In this document: positions 21,267-32,699 of the stretch, piece after piece
Layout: every line of letters starts with the position of its first letter
How positions within the stretch are numbered: the first letter of the stretch is position 1
Origin: a virus
Taxonomy: Duplodnaviria > Caudoviricetes
Strand: one strand, 5' to 3'
DNA length: 64,000 bases
IMG/VR virus record: IMGVR_UViG_3300002092_001784
Span: 64,001 to 128,000 of that record
Program-made: the position numbers and the translations under genes
Notes under the pieces: model-generated
Told to the model about the DNA's origin: nothing
The model's database searches: none
Seen by the model: the letters and a program-made list of their open reading frames with translations, nothing else

Positions 21267-21340
21267 TTAACAATTTCTTAACATTAAATATTTGGAAATT
21301 CGTTAAAAAATACCTATCTTTGTGTATTGAGTTTTGAGAG
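21267..21340 (+). promoter_or_regulatory. Extended promoter with upstream TTAACA repeat and downstream leader motif
   Basis: TTAACA-N5-TTAACA, TTTG-N20-TATCTTTG, GTATTGAGTTTTGAGAG. Confidence 0.8.
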
Positions 21341-21362
21341 TTATTAATTTAATCCCTTTCTT

Positions 21363-23633
21363 ATGAAAGTTTCTTCAAAAGATGTTTCTAAAAAAAGTTC
21401 GTATGGTGCTTCCGCTTGGTGGATGGATGATTTCGATACCAGTTACGCTGATTCGTATCTATCTGATACCGATAAACATGCCACCGATTTGTATAAAATG
21501 GCTTCCCATCGTAGGGCTATCGCCAACTTTGTTGGTATTGTAACCAACAAATCTATTCCTGTTAAATTTGTTTCCAAAGGTGATTCGTTTACAGATGGTA
21601 AGAGTGTTACTATTTCTTCCAAAGTAAGTGACCCAAAGGAGTTTGACTCAACGGTTGGTTTGGCTTTGCATGAAGGTTCTCACATTAAACTTTCAGATTT
21701 CGGTATTCTGAAAGACCTTAGTGTTAATATCCACTCACTTATTAGTTATGATAAACGTGCGGAACTTACTGAACTTTCCACTGTTAAAAAAGTTGATTTT
21801 TATTATACTGTAAAAAGTATTCTTAATTGGGTTGAAGACCGTAGGATTGACCAATATGTTTTCAATCAGGCCCCTGGCTATCGTGATTACTATCGGGCAA
21901 TGTATGATAAATACTTCAATGACCCTATTATTGAAAAGGCGTTGGCTAGTAATGAGTTTACAAAGGAAACCATTAAATCGTATATGTTTCGTTTGATTAA
22001 TCTACATTCCAAATCAACCCGACTTGATGCTTTGAAATCACTTCGTAAGATTAGTAATGTAGTTGACCTATCAAATATCAGTAGGTTACAATCATCCAAA
22101 GATGCGTTGGGTGTGGCGCTTGAGATTACAGAAATCATTCTTAATTCGATTGTGTTGCCCGAACCGCCTAAACCAAAAGAGCCGGAACAAAAATCTGAAC
22201 AAACCGATGGTGGTGGTTCTGGTGCGGGTGATGGTTCTGATGAAAGTGAATCTGATGAATCTGATGAGAAATCGGGTTCTGACAGTAAAAGTGGTAAATC
22301 GGACGATGATTCTGACGAAGATGATTCTGAGGGTGGTGAATCGGGTGGTATATCTGATGACGAATCGGATGATTTTGGTGAGTATGGTTCTGAAAAGCCA
22401 GAACAAACTTCAGATAAAACCAATGGTACTTCTCCTGATGTTGAAAATGATACTGATGATACTGATAGTGAGGGTGGTATGAGTTCTACCGGTGCTGGTT
22501 CTGAGGCTGAACCGTTTAACGATGGTTCTGACTCCAACTCCGCTGATAATCGTTTGACTGATAAACAAATGAAACAGTTGGAGAAGAAACTGAAATCGCA
22601 GGAAGATTTTGTTAACGGTGACGTTAAGAAATCTACGGTTACCAAAACAGAACAGCAATCTCTAAAGAATATTGAAGAATCGGGCGCTGAACTTTCAGTA
22701 GTTGGTAAAGATATTCCAACTTACGGTGGACCTCTTAAAGGTATTGAATGTGTTGTGGTTAAAAAAATGACCGAATCGGTTATGCTTGAGAAATCGTTTC
22801 CATTAACACACAAATCTTACAATTATAAGACAGGTACTTATGATATGAAATCTTTTTCAGATTCGGCTGTTGAGGCTGGTATTCGGTTGGGAACTATGCT
22901 TGGTAAAAGGTTGCAGGTTCGTTCTGAAGCAAGAGAAACGGTTTACAATCGCCAGTTAGTTGGTAGGTTGGATAAACGAATGGTTTCTTCGCTTGGGTTT
23001 GGTAATGAGCATGTGTTTTTCACCCGTGAGATTGACAAATACAACAAAGCTAACTTACATATTTCAATTGACGCTTCCGGTTCTATGGCCGGTTCAAAGT
23101 GGGACTCTACTATGACTAATGTAGTTGCTTTGGCTAAAGCAGTTGATATGATTCCAAATCTTCAGATTCAGATTTCATTCAGAACTACGCAAGGTAATTC
23201 ACCTTATGTGGTTATTGCTTACGATAGTAGGGTTGACAAGTTTGTTAAAATCAAAAGTTTGTTCAGATATTTAAGACCAGAAGGTCTTACACCTGAAGGA
23301 CTTTGTTTTGAAGCAATTCTGAAATATATGGTTTCGTCTGGAACTGATATTGATTCTTACTTTGTGAATATTTCAGATGGTGAACCTTATTTCACCGCTC
23401 AAAGTGGTTTGTATTATACTGGGGCTACCGCTTCCAAACATACCCGAACTATGGTGGACAATATTTCTAAAATGGGAATCAGAGTTTTATCTTACTTCGT
23501 TAGTAGTGGTAACAACGAACGGGTGATGGCTACTTTCAGAGAGTGTTACGGTAAGGCCGCTTCGTTTATTAATGTTACTAATATGGTAGAAGTTTCCCGT
23601 ACTATGAACGCCTTATTTATGACTAAGGCGTAA
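21363..23633 (+). CDS. CobT-like vWA protein with N-terminal HExxH domain
   Basis: LHEGSH, long acidic linker, MIDAS motif IDASGS...T...SDGE. Confidence 0.8.
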   Translation: MKVSSKDVSKKSSYGASAWWMDDFDTSYADSYLSDTDKHATDLYKMASHRRAIANFVGIVTNKSIPVKFVSKGDSFTDGKSVTISSKVSDPKEFDSTVGLALHEGSHIKLSDFGILKDLSVNIHSLISYDKRAELTELSTVKKVDFYYTVKSILNWVEDRRIDQYVFNQAPGYRDYYRAMYDKYFNDPIIEKALASNEFTKETIKSYMFRLINLHSKSTRLDALKSLRKISNVVDLSNISRLQSSKDALGVALEITEIILNSIVLPEPPKPKEPEQKSEQTDGGGSGAGDGSDESESDESDEKSGSDSKSGKSDDDSDEDDSEGGESGGISDDESDDFGEYGSEKPEQTSDKTNGTSPDVENDTDDTDSEGGMSSTGAGSEAEPFNDGSDSNSADNRLTDKQMKQLEKKLKSQEDFVNGDVKKSTVTKTEQQSLKNIEESGAELSVVGKDIPTYGGPLKGIECVVVKKMTESVMLEKSFPLTHKSYNYKTGTYDMKSFSDSAVEAGIRLGTMLGKRLQVRSEARETVYNRQLVGRLDKRMVSSLGFGNEHVFFTREIDKYNKANLHISIDASGSMAGSKWDSTMTNVVALAKAVDMIPNLQIQISFRTTQGNSPYVVIAYDSRVDKFVKIKSLFRYLRPEGLTPEGLCFEAILKYMVSSGTDIDSYFVNISDGEPYFTAQSGLYYTGATASKHTRTMVDNISKMGIRVLSYFVSSGNNERVMATFRECYGKAASFINVTNMVEVSRTMNALFMTKA

Positions 23634-23653
23634 TTAAACTTAAATTATTAAAA

Positions 23654-23932
23654 ATGGCAGAATTAAAAGGAAAAGTGATTGCAGGTAAGGTTTTGATACA
23701 GCCTGAACAATCTGTTACTAAAACGAGCGGGGGTATTATTATCCCCGACTCTGCAAAAGAAAAACCAAACTCCGGCAAAGTTATACTTGTCGGTTTGGCT
23801 AAATCTGATGAAATAGTGGAAGTATCCATTGGGGATACTGTTTTTTATCCAAAATATGTGGGTACTGAAATTAGTATTGATGGTACTGATTATTTACTCA
23901 TATCTCAATCGGATATACTATTCATCGCTTAA
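23654..23932 (+). CDS. groES: Co-chaperonin GroES
   Basis: KTSGGIIIPDSAKEKP mobile loop. Confidence 0.95.
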   Translation: MAELKGKVIAGKVLIQPEQSVTKTSGGIIIPDSAKEKPNSGKVILVGLAKSDEIVEVSIGDTVFYPKYVGTEISIDGTDYLLISQSDILFIA

Positions 23933-23949
23933 ATTTTAATTAAAAATAA

Positions 23950-25578
<1,629 letters not shown>

Positions 25579-25590
25579 TAGACATGAGAT

Positions 25591-25620
25591 TGAAACCGGC
25601 TTCGGCCGGTTTCATTTCTT
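25591..25620 (+). terminator. Intrinsic terminator
   Basis: TGAAACCGGC-TTCG-GCCGGTTTCA followed by a T-rich tail. Confidence 0.8.
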
Positions 25621-25692
25621 AACAATTTATTAACATTAAAAATTTGGAAATTAGAATTGAATTTTGTATCTTTGAGTATTGTTCTTTGAGAG
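25619..25692 (+). promoter_or_regulatory. Extended promoter with boxA-like site
   Basis: TTAACA repeat, TTTG-N20-TATCTTTG, GTTCTTTGA at 25681. Confidence 0.75.
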
Positions 25693-25728
25693 AGTTGAGT
25701 TTTTCAGTCTGATGTTATTTTTGTTGAT

Positions 25729-25805
25729 TTAACAATTATTTAACATTAAAAGTTTGGAAAGTTCATTTTTATTTCTTATATTTGTGTATTGATTTTTGAG
25801 AGAGA
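25729..25805 (+). promoter_or_regulatory. Second tandem extended promoter
   Basis: TTAACA repeat, TTTG-N20-TATATTTG, GTATTGATTTTTGAGAG. Confidence 0.75.
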
Positions 25806-25843
25806 TATTATTTTTTATTCGTTTTATTTAACCCCATATTATT

Positions 25844-27040
25844 ATGAAGAATTTAGATTCGGTTTCGGTTTTTAAGGTTGTTAAAGTTTCTGGAGCTTTC
25901 AAACTCCAAAGTGTTAATGGTGAAATCGTTGGTACGGCTGGTATCAACACCGGTACTCGTCGTAAGGCGTTTGATACCGATAAGGCCCTCAAACAGGTAG
26001 TTGGTAAGACCGGTAAGGTTTCCTACCGTTTAGTTGAAATGGATGAGTATTCCAAATTGGTTGCTCCACTAAAAGAACAGGCCGAAGTTAATTCGGAACC
26101 TGTTAAATCTCACGCTGAGATTACCGATTTCATTCACAACCGTTCGTTGGAACTGAAACCTGTACATTTGGTGATGACCCCACTCAAATGGAAGTATCTA
26201 ATCCGTTCGGCAGTGAGAGCTAAGAATATTATGATGACCGGACCTGCCGGTTGTGGAAAAACGTTGGCCGCCAAAACATTGGTTACGGCTCTTAACCGAC
26301 CTGATTACTATTTCAACTTAGGAGCAACGCAGGATGCTAGAGCAACTCTTATTGGTAACACCCACTTTGATTCTAAAAACGGTACGTTCTTCTCAGAATC
26401 GGCATTCGTTAAGGCTATCAGAACACCAAACGCGGTTATCCTATTGGATGAGTTGAGTAGAGCACACCCTGATGCTTGGAATATTTTGATGACTGTGTTG
26501 GACCAGGGACAACGTTACCTTCGTTTGGATGAGGCTGAAAATTCACCGATTGTGAATGTGGCTGAGGGTGTTACTTTCATCGCTACCGCCAATATCGGTA
26601 ATGAGTATACATCGACTAGAGTTTTGGATAGGGCATTACTTGACCGTTTCACTACTATTGAAATGGATGTTCTGAACGCAACAGAAGAACTTGACCTTCT
26701 GAAATATATGTACCCTGATGTTGATGTTTATGATTTGAACGCTGTGGCTGAAATTGCTCACCACACCCGTGAGATGAGCAAATCTGAGAGTGGTAAATTA
26801 ACTAATATGGTTTCGACCAGAGCAAGTGTTGAAACGGCTGGTTTACTTTATGACGGGTTTACACTTACTGAGGCGGCTGAAATCGCTATCTTCCCTTTCT
26901 TCTCTACTGATGGTGGTGTGGACTCCGAAAGGACTTACATCAAACAGTTAGTTCAGAAATACCAACGTGAAGAGAAATCAGAACCGTTGTTTACGGCCGA
27001 AGCAAAACCCGCCGATACCGATAGTAAAATCATTTGGTAA
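25844..27040 (+). CDS. MoxR/CbbQ/NorQ-like AAA+ ATPase
   Basis: GPAGCGKT Walker A, ILLDELSR Walker B, ATAN, ALLDRF and STR motifs. Confidence 0.88.
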   Translation: MKNLDSVSVFKVVKVSGAFKLQSVNGEIVGTAGINTGTRRKAFDTDKALKQVVGKTGKVSYRLVEMDEYSKLVAPLKEQAEVNSEPVKSHAEITDFIHNRSLELKPVHLVMTPLKWKYLIRSAVRAKNIMMTGPAGCGKTLAAKTLVTALNRPDYYFNLGATQDARATLIGNTHFDSKNGTFFSESAFVKAIRTPNAVILLDELSRAHPDAWNILMTVLDQGQRYLRLDEAENSPIVNVAEGVTFIATANIGNEYTSTRVLDRALLDRFTTIEMDVLNATEELDLLKYMYPDVDVYDLNAVAEIAHHTREMSKSESGKLTNMVSTRASVETAGLLYDGFTLTEAAEIAIFPFFSTDGGVDSERTYIKQLVQKYQREEKSEPLFTAEAKPADTDSKIIW

Positions 27041-27068
27041 TCGGTAAGGGGTTAACGATTATCATTAG

Positions 27069-27097
27069 AGTAGTGGGGGAAACTCCACTACTTTTTT
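27069..27097 (+). terminator. Intrinsic terminator
   Basis: AGTAGTGGGG-GAAA-CTCCACTACT followed by a T run. Confidence 0.8.
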
Positions 27098-27103
27098 ATA
27101 ACT

Positions 27104-27298
27104 TTGAAATTTAATATAAATCATATGAGTACTAATAAAAAAGGTGATTGGATTGACCGGTTGATGAAATCATACCGAGTACCAGCAGAAACACCATCGG
27201 ATGTGAATAAAAAGAAAAGTATATTGAGAGAGTCACAATTAAAAATTATTAACCAAAGTAAAGCAAAAAATGAAAGAAACATTAAAACTGGTAACTAA
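27104..27298 (+). CDS. Hypothetical protein
   Basis: 64 aa ORF; start uncertain. Confidence 0.5.
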   Translation: MKFNINHMSTNKKGDWIDRLMKSYRVPAETPSDVNKKKSILRESQLKIINQSKAKNERNIKTGN

Positions 27299-27569
27299 TT
27301 TTGATGTTACCAATTTTGATAAATTACAGTTTGTAGAGAGAAATAGCTTTTCAAATATGAAGCAGGCAATTGTTGAGTATGCAAACGGATATGGTGCAAG
27401 TATAATCATCGATGACAATTCATACGGTGGGTTGGCTGGTTTATATGAAATTGCGGTATTAGGTAAGAATGGTGAAATCGTATATAATACACCAATTACG
27501 AATGATGTGTTGGGGTATTTATCAGAACAAGAAGTAACAGAAACATTAATTAAAATTAAGAACCTTTAA
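27270..27569 (+). CDS. Hypothetical phage protein
   Basis: FxNGYGASI...GLYEIAVL...DVLGYL pattern common in phages. Confidence 0.65.
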   Translation: MKETLKLVTNFDVTNFDKLQFVERNSFSNMKQAIVEYANGYGASIIIDDNSYGGLAGLYEIAVLGKNGEIVYNTPITNDVLGYLSEQEVTETLIKIKNL

Positions 27570-27580
27570 GTTTTCAAAAG

Positions 27581-27856
27581 ATGGAAGTTGTAAAAAGTAG
27601 GTATGGTGCAGACCGTTCAGTGGAACGTGTTGATTTTGGTAAGGTATTGGTAATGGGTGAATCGGAGTTCAGCCGCCAATCAGTTAATAACAAAGGGGTC
27701 ACTACTCTATTTGATTTTGAGGGTGGACCTTGCTATACGCTAGGTGGTAAAATCGCCTTTGAAGGGTTGAATTGGAAGATTACTTCCATTGGTTCACAGG
27801 AGACCAACCACAATGGTTTGGTTAAGTGTGTATTGGGTGTTGAACCTCTATACTAA
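27581..27856 (+). CDS. Hypothetical protein
   Basis: 91 aa ORF. Confidence 0.6.
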   Translation: MEVVKSRYGADRSVERVDFGKVLVMGESEFSRQSVNNKGVTTLFDFEGGPCYTLGGKIAFEGLNWKITSIGSQETNHNGLVKCVLGVEPLY

Positions 27857-27967
27857 ACCTAAAATTCGGTGGATTTGATACGTTAAGTCCACCGATTATT
27901 CATGTCCTAACAGATAGTTTAATTAAAAAAAATAACCTCTTAAATGGGGTTAAAATGAAAATAAACA

Positions 27968-28582
27968 ATGGTCAATAATTCAGAACAAATAAAAAGTATG
28001 CTATCCTTCGGTACTGATGATTTTTACTTTGTTGAAATAATAAAACGTAGAAAAGATAATCCAGAGTTGGACAGAAGTGAAAAGGTTATTCGTAATTTTT
28101 ATATTGAATCGTTTGAGCAGTATGATAAATTACTACCGATAATTACTAAAGTATGTGATTATGAGAACGCAAGGGCATATTTTCGTATCAATCGACGTAA
28201 TTATAAGAAGTTAGCATTGCACATCAACAAACGAATAGCAGAATATTTGATAAATGGTTCTGAAAAATCAATCAGAACTGTATTTGATTCTGTTGCCGGT
28301 GAAATTCATTCTGATGATGACACTAAATGGATTGTGGATATTGATAACTTATCATTTGACGATAAATTTTCATCAGTAATGGGATTGGGTACACGTCCTA
28401 TGTATTATTCATACTTGGAAAAACTTCAGATTGAAGCAAATAGAGTGCCATTGATGCACGTATTACCTACTAAAAGTGGTATTCATATTGTTACAAGACC
28501 ATTTAATTTGCAAAAATTCAAAGAAGTGCATCCGGAGATTGATGTACATAAAGATAATATGGTAGTTTTATACTGCCCATAA
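27968..28582 (+). CDS. Hypothetical phage protein
   Basis: 204 aa; KWIVDID and TKSGIH motifs (possibly primase-like, unverified). Confidence 0.6.
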   Translation: MVNNSEQIKSMLSFGTDDFYFVEIIKRRKDNPELDRSEKVIRNFYIESFEQYDKLLPIITKVCDYENARAYFRINRRNYKKLALHINKRIAEYLINGSEKSIRTVFDSVAGEIHSDDDTKWIVDIDNLSFDDKFSSVMGLGTRPMYYSYLEKLQIEANRVPLMHVLPTKSGIHIVTRPFNLQKFKEVHPEIDVHKDNMVVLYCP

Positions 28583-28595
28583 TTTAATCGATAGT

Positions 28596-28934
28596 ATGAC
28601 GAGATTATTGTTTTTAGTGTTGATGTTGTTTACATTGGGATTATCCGCACAAACCAGAGATACTACAAAAATAAATGCGGACGAACAAATTAGATTCGAT
28701 AGAATTGATTCTACGCTGCATGAATATGGTAAGCAACAAACTGTTGCAAATAAAATTACAGTTGTATCGATATTGTTTGTAGTTGGTGGAACTGTAATTG
28801 GAGTTCCAACAATGCCGCTATTGGTAGCAACTTCAATGTGTGATTTGGCAACGTTGATTGTAAGTAGTAAAGCAAATAAAAGATTATCAGGAAATACACC
28901 AAAAAGAAAACGAAAGCATGAAAATAACAGATAA
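28596..28934 (+). CDS. Membrane/secreted protein
   Basis: Signal-peptide-like N-terminus and a hydrophobic C-terminal segment. Confidence 0.55.
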   Translation: MTRLLFLVLMLFTLGLSAQTRDTTKINADEQIRFDRIDSTLHEYGKQQTVANKITVVSILFVVGGTVIGVPTMPLLVATSMCDLATLIVSSKANKRLSGNTPKRKRKHENNR

Positions 28935-29394
28935 GTATGTATTCTTCTACAATGATGAGTTTTCCCAATGGCATAGAGCTCCAATGTTAATTGATGGTAT
29001 TCGATATAACTGCGCAGAGCAGTATATGATGCATCAAAAGGCATTGCTGTTTGATGATACGGAAATAGCCGGACTCATTATGAGTGCAGATTTTGCGGCG
29101 GTTCAAAAGAAGTTAGGTAGAGCGGTAAAGGGCTTCCATCAAACTAAATGGGACCGGTATTGCCTATCCATAGTTTATAAGGGAAATTTGGCAAAGTTTT
29201 CACAGAACCCGGAATTACGCAAACTTATACTTTCGTTTGGTGACAGAGTTTTTGTTGAAGCATCCAAATTTGATTCGGTGTGGGGTGTTGGTTTTAGTGA
29301 ATATGATGATGAAATACTAAATCCCGAAAATTGGCGTGGTACTAATCTATTAGGAACTGTATTGACAATGGTTCGGAATGAATTAAAAGGATAA
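28918..29394 (+). CDS. NADAR (YbiA-like) protein
   Basis: FSQW, AEQYMM..KA.LF, KFSQN, EAS..D.VWGVG and G.NLLG..L motifs. Confidence 0.9.
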   Translation: MKITDKYVFFYNDEFSQWHRAPMLIDGIRYNCAEQYMMHQKALLFDDTEIAGLIMSADFAAVQKKLGRAVKGFHQTKWDRYCLSIVYKGNLAKFSQNPELRKLILSFGDRVFVEASKFDSVWGVGFSEYDDEILNPENWRGTNLLGTVLTMVRNELKG

Positions 29395-29396
29395 AA

Positions 29397-29903
29397 ATGG
29401 CAAACTATAAAGAAATTGAAGGTGATTTGATACAACTAGCTAAACAGGCTAAGTTTGATGTTATCGCTCACGGATGTAATTGTATGAGTAATATGGGAGC
29501 TGGTATTGCAGTTCCAATGGCATTAACATTTGGGTGTAACCGATTTGAAATGGAAAGATGGGGCCGAACTATTCAAAAACTTGGTTGTATTGATTTTCAA
29601 ACATTCGTATTGGGCGAAAACGCAATGTGGAATTTGGAAAACGGTAAAAATCATAAAGATGAACCAGAACTTATAGTTGTTAATGCATATACTCAAGTTT
29701 TTCCAAGAGCAGACCTCAAACCATTGGATTATGAAGCATTGACATTGTGTATGCGTAAAATGAATGTGGTGTTCAGAGGTAAACATATAGGATTGCCGAA
29801 AATTGGAGCCGGATTGGCAGGTGGGGATTGGGAACGAATTAAAACAATCATACAGACCGAATTAAAAGATTGTGATATAACGGTTGTAATATATAAAAAA
29901 TAA
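29397..29903 (+). CDS. Macrodomain (ADP-ribose hydrolase-like) protein
   Basis: EGDLI, IAHGCNC...MGAGIA and PKIGAGLAGGDW motifs. Confidence 0.9.
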   Translation: MANYKEIEGDLIQLAKQAKFDVIAHGCNCMSNMGAGIAVPMALTFGCNRFEMERWGRTIQKLGCIDFQTFVLGENAMWNLENGKNHKDEPELIVVNAYTQVFPRADLKPLDYEALTLCMRKMNVVFRGKHIGLPKIGAGLAGGDWERIKTIIQTELKDCDITVVIYKK

Positions 29904-30280
29904 TGAGTAACGGAGTTACAATTCAAGGTTGGAAAAAACTAAATGGTATGGGGTGTTTCATATGCACTATGCCACTTACATTTGGAAAAGCTGATATAAT
30001 TAATGAGTTGTATACTGTTGAGTTGTTATCCGATAAAAAATCAATATTACAGGTAGATATTTGGGCAGATGATATGCTTATGGAAGTTAGAGCAAAATCC
30101 ACAATACTACATACTGTACCAGTTCTTCGTTCTGATATAAACCCAAAGGATATAGCAAGCCCTATACATTTTATAAATAAACTGGATAGTATTGTTAACT
30201 CAAACAAACCATTTCAATCATACCTATATTTAGTGGCTGAAATTGAAAACGATGCACCAACATTAAGTAATCCACATTAG
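29903..30280 (+). CDS. Hypothetical protein
   Basis: 125 aa ORF. Confidence 0.55.
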   Translation: MSNGVTIQGWKKLNGMGCFICTMPLTFGKADIINELYTVELLSDKKSILQVDIWADDMLMEVRAKSTILHTVPVLRSDINPKDIASPIHFINKLDSIVNSNKPFQSYLYLVAEIENDAPTLSNPH

Positions 30281-30301
30281 CATAATATTTATATTAAAGT
30301 A

Positions 30302-30634
30302 TTGAAATTCATGGAGCCAAAAAAAATATTCATAGAGGGAAAGCCGCAGATTCATAAATGGGCAGATGAAAATCGCAGTATCATAATGGAATGTCTTTAT
30401 GATAATGTGTTCGATTTTGTTAAAAAAAATGAAGATGTCAGAGTGGTTTTGAAGCTTGTTACGGGTGGAGAAAAGCCATCACGTGGTCGTATGAAACAAA
30501 ACGGTTATAATATCGAGTTTACTATATCTAAAGATGATATTGTGGAAACTATTGATAATTTATTAACTTATATGATCGAAACAGAAGAATATGAAAAGTG
30601 CGGAGAATTGACAGATTTGAAAAAAATGATTTGA
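30302..30634 (+). CDS. Hypothetical protein with UVR-like C-terminal motif
   Basis: ETEEYEKCGEL at the C-terminus. Confidence 0.55.
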   Translation: MKFMEPKKIFIEGKPQIHKWADENRSIIMECLYDNVFDFVKKNEDVRVVLKLVTGGEKPSRGRMKQNGYNIEFTISKDDIVETIDNLLTYMIETEEYEKCGELTDLKKMI

Positions 30635-30652
30635 AAAAAATAACATATTTAT

Positions 30653-30874
30653 ATGAATAGAGAGTACTTTGAAAAAATATCAAATAGGCAAGAGGTCTTA
30701 AAAAAAGAATTGCAGTATTGGGTCAATTTTGTACCATCTGGTGGAATGGGTCATTACGCTAAAAATATAAAGATTGAAACTATTACTGAAAAGTTGGAAA
30801 AAATTGAAAGTAAACTTGGAGATAAATATGTTGTAGATTTTAACGAATTATTAGAATTGATAAAAGATGTATAG
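30653..30874 (+). CDS. Hypothetical protein
   Basis: 73 aa ORF. Confidence 0.55.
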   Translation: MNREYFEKISNRQEVLKKELQYWVNFVPSGGMGHYAKNIKIETITEKLEKIESKLGDKYVVDFNELLELIKDV

Positions 30875-31577
30875 AACAAATAAAGTGTTAGATGAAGTAT
30901 CCTTAAATCGAATATATCAGCATGTTGTTGATAAAAAAGTACCGTCTTGGGGTATCATCACTGCTTATAGAAACGGTAATAGCAAAAAGAAAAACATTGA
31001 AAAAAACAATGAATTGGCAGCCAAACTCAGAGAAATGGGATATGGTTTTGCTAAAATGAAGGGAGCTTGGAAAGAATGTCAAGACCAATCCGTACCGTAT
31101 AGTAAATGTCCTCCTGAGAAATTAGTAGATGCACATGAAATTACATATTTTGTTCCAAATCTAAAGAAAGATCAATTACATAAATTATGTAATGAGTTTG
31201 AACAAGATGCGGTTATTTATGGGGATGAAACAACCAAAGGTAATGCACATCTAATGTTTCAAGATGGTTCATCTGAAAATATTGGTAAGTTCCACCCAGA
31301 TACAATTGCTGCAAACTATACCAAACTCAATAACAATAGAAACTTTACATTTGCTAAACGCAAACAAAAACAAAAAGTAGAGCCAACTACCGCAACCGTT
31401 CAAAAACCGGAGAAAACTACATTGAAGAGTTTACTACCAACCGGAGTATTGAATAGTATGATTAAGAACCCAGAAACAGGTCGTAATGTGAAAGTTAAAT
31501 CAGCATTACGATATGATAAAGATTCACAAGCGTATAAAGCAGCAAAGCAAAAAATATCAAACGCAATCAAAAAATAA
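30867..31577 (+). CDS. Hypothetical protein (DUF3293-like N-terminus)
   Basis: WGIITAYR...N.ELAAKL...G.W.E pattern. Confidence 0.5.
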   Translation: MYRTNKVLDEVSLNRIYQHVVDKKVPSWGIITAYRNGNSKKKNIEKNNELAAKLREMGYGFAKMKGAWKECQDQSVPYSKCPPEKLVDAHEITYFVPNLKKDQLHKLCNEFEQDAVIYGDETTKGNAHLMFQDGSSENIGKFHPDTIAANYTKLNNNRNFTFAKRKQKQKVEPTTATVQKPEKTTLKSLLPTGVLNSMIKNPETGRNVKVKSALRYDKDSQAYKAAKQKISNAIKK

Positions 31578-31609
31578 TTTGGTAAATCCAAAAATTATTC
31601 GTATCTTTG
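31578..31609 (+). promoter_or_regulatory. Promoter for tmRNA
   Basis: TTTG-N20-TATCTTTG ending 15 nt before the tmRNA. Confidence 0.8.
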
Positions 31610-31623
31610 TAACATCAAAATAT

Positions 31624-32002
31624 GGGGCTGACAGGTATTGACAGCGTATGACGAGGGTATATTGATGCAAGCGGGGTTAGATGGAAACCCTTGAACACCT
31701 ATCAAACAATAAAAGGCGTTAATAACTACGCATTAGCAGCGTAACCCATAGGGTTAACATAGCTTGGGGTCGTTGAACATATAACCTCGCAACAGAAGTT
31801 CATAAGGTGATGATACTACCAGCTAAGTGTATTGTGGGTGCAGGCGGAGCTCATATAAAATAATTCCAGCCAAGTTGTTTATCGGTGGGTTTCTCACATA
31901 CATCAAACCGTTTTATTTGTCAGTAAGAAACAACTGAATAAGCTTGTGAACGATGTGTATTTAAGCTATGTCTGGACGAGGATTCAACTTCCTCCAGCTC
32001 CA
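31624..32002 (+). ncRNA. ssrA: tmRNA; tag ORF 31715-31744 encodes GVNNYALAA
   Basis: 5' GGGGCTG pairs with CAGCTCC-A (G3.U70 alanine identity); T arm GAGGA-TTCAACT-TCCTC; tag ends in YALAA. Confidence 0.95.
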
Positions 32003-32081
32003 CGAAAATCAATTCAAGCTCGCCAATATCTAACTACTGCATCAAAACTGTGGATAGAGGTGAGCTTGATTTTTGTATTAA

Positions 32082-32303
32082 ATGAGTTATATTATGAGAG
32101 AATTATCTTTATTGGAAAGACGAAATGTTGCAAGATACCGTACTAATAAATCACAATGGATGTTTATATTACGAAATGGACACTGTAAGGAGACATATGA
32201 TATGATGGGTATACCGGCTACGCTGGATGAATACGATGAGTATATCAAAACACATCCAATTTTACAGCAACACCTTCCGAAATCAGAAACGGAAGTTTTT
32301 TAA
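32082..32303 (+). CDS. Hypothetical protein
   Basis: 73 aa ORF. Confidence 0.5.
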   Translation: MSYIMRELSLLERRNVARYRTNKSQWMFILRNGHCKETYDMMGIPATLDEYDEYIKTHPILQQHLPKSETEVF

Positions 32304-32319
32304 CTAACAGTTTGTTCAT

Positions 32320-32619
32320 ATGCTAGCATACAAACTATGTAGGTTACTTAAATCGGGTGAAATTACACCACTGTTTATCAATAAGGAAAAACGATTACCG
32401 TTTAACGAATGGATGGATGCTGAATCACATCCCACCGATGGTTATAAACTCCGACCATTTTGGCATTGCACTTCACAACCAATAGCGCCACATCTTTCAA
32501 AAGAAGGTAGGGTGTGGGTGGAATGTGAGATTGAAAATTTTACCGAATTTATAAGACCGGTACATCAGGGAGGTAAGTGGTATTTGGCAAATAGAATCAA
32601 ACTAATAAAAATAATATGA
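32320..32619 (+). CDS. Hypothetical phage protein
   Basis: RPFWHC...APHL...RVWVECE pattern. Confidence 0.65.
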   Translation: MLAYKLCRLLKSGEITPLFINKEKRLPFNEWMDAESHPTDGYKLRPFWHCTSQPIAPHLSKEGRVWVECEIENFTEFIRPVHQGGKWYLANRIKLIKII

Positions 32620-32625
32620 AAAGTA

Positions 32626-32657
32626 TTTGGAAAATTCAAATATTTTTCGTATCTTTG
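32626..32657 (+). promoter_or_regulatory. Bacteroidota promoter
   Basis: TTTG-N20-TATCTTTG. Confidence 0.75.
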
Positions 32658-32699
32658 TATTCAAATTAAATTTTTTAACAATTAAATTAAAAGTGTGTT

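Noticed and set aside
21890-22645. 251-aa minus-strand ORF and overlapping alternative-frame ORFs
   Set aside because: Shadows of the low-complexity acidic linker of the vWA gene.
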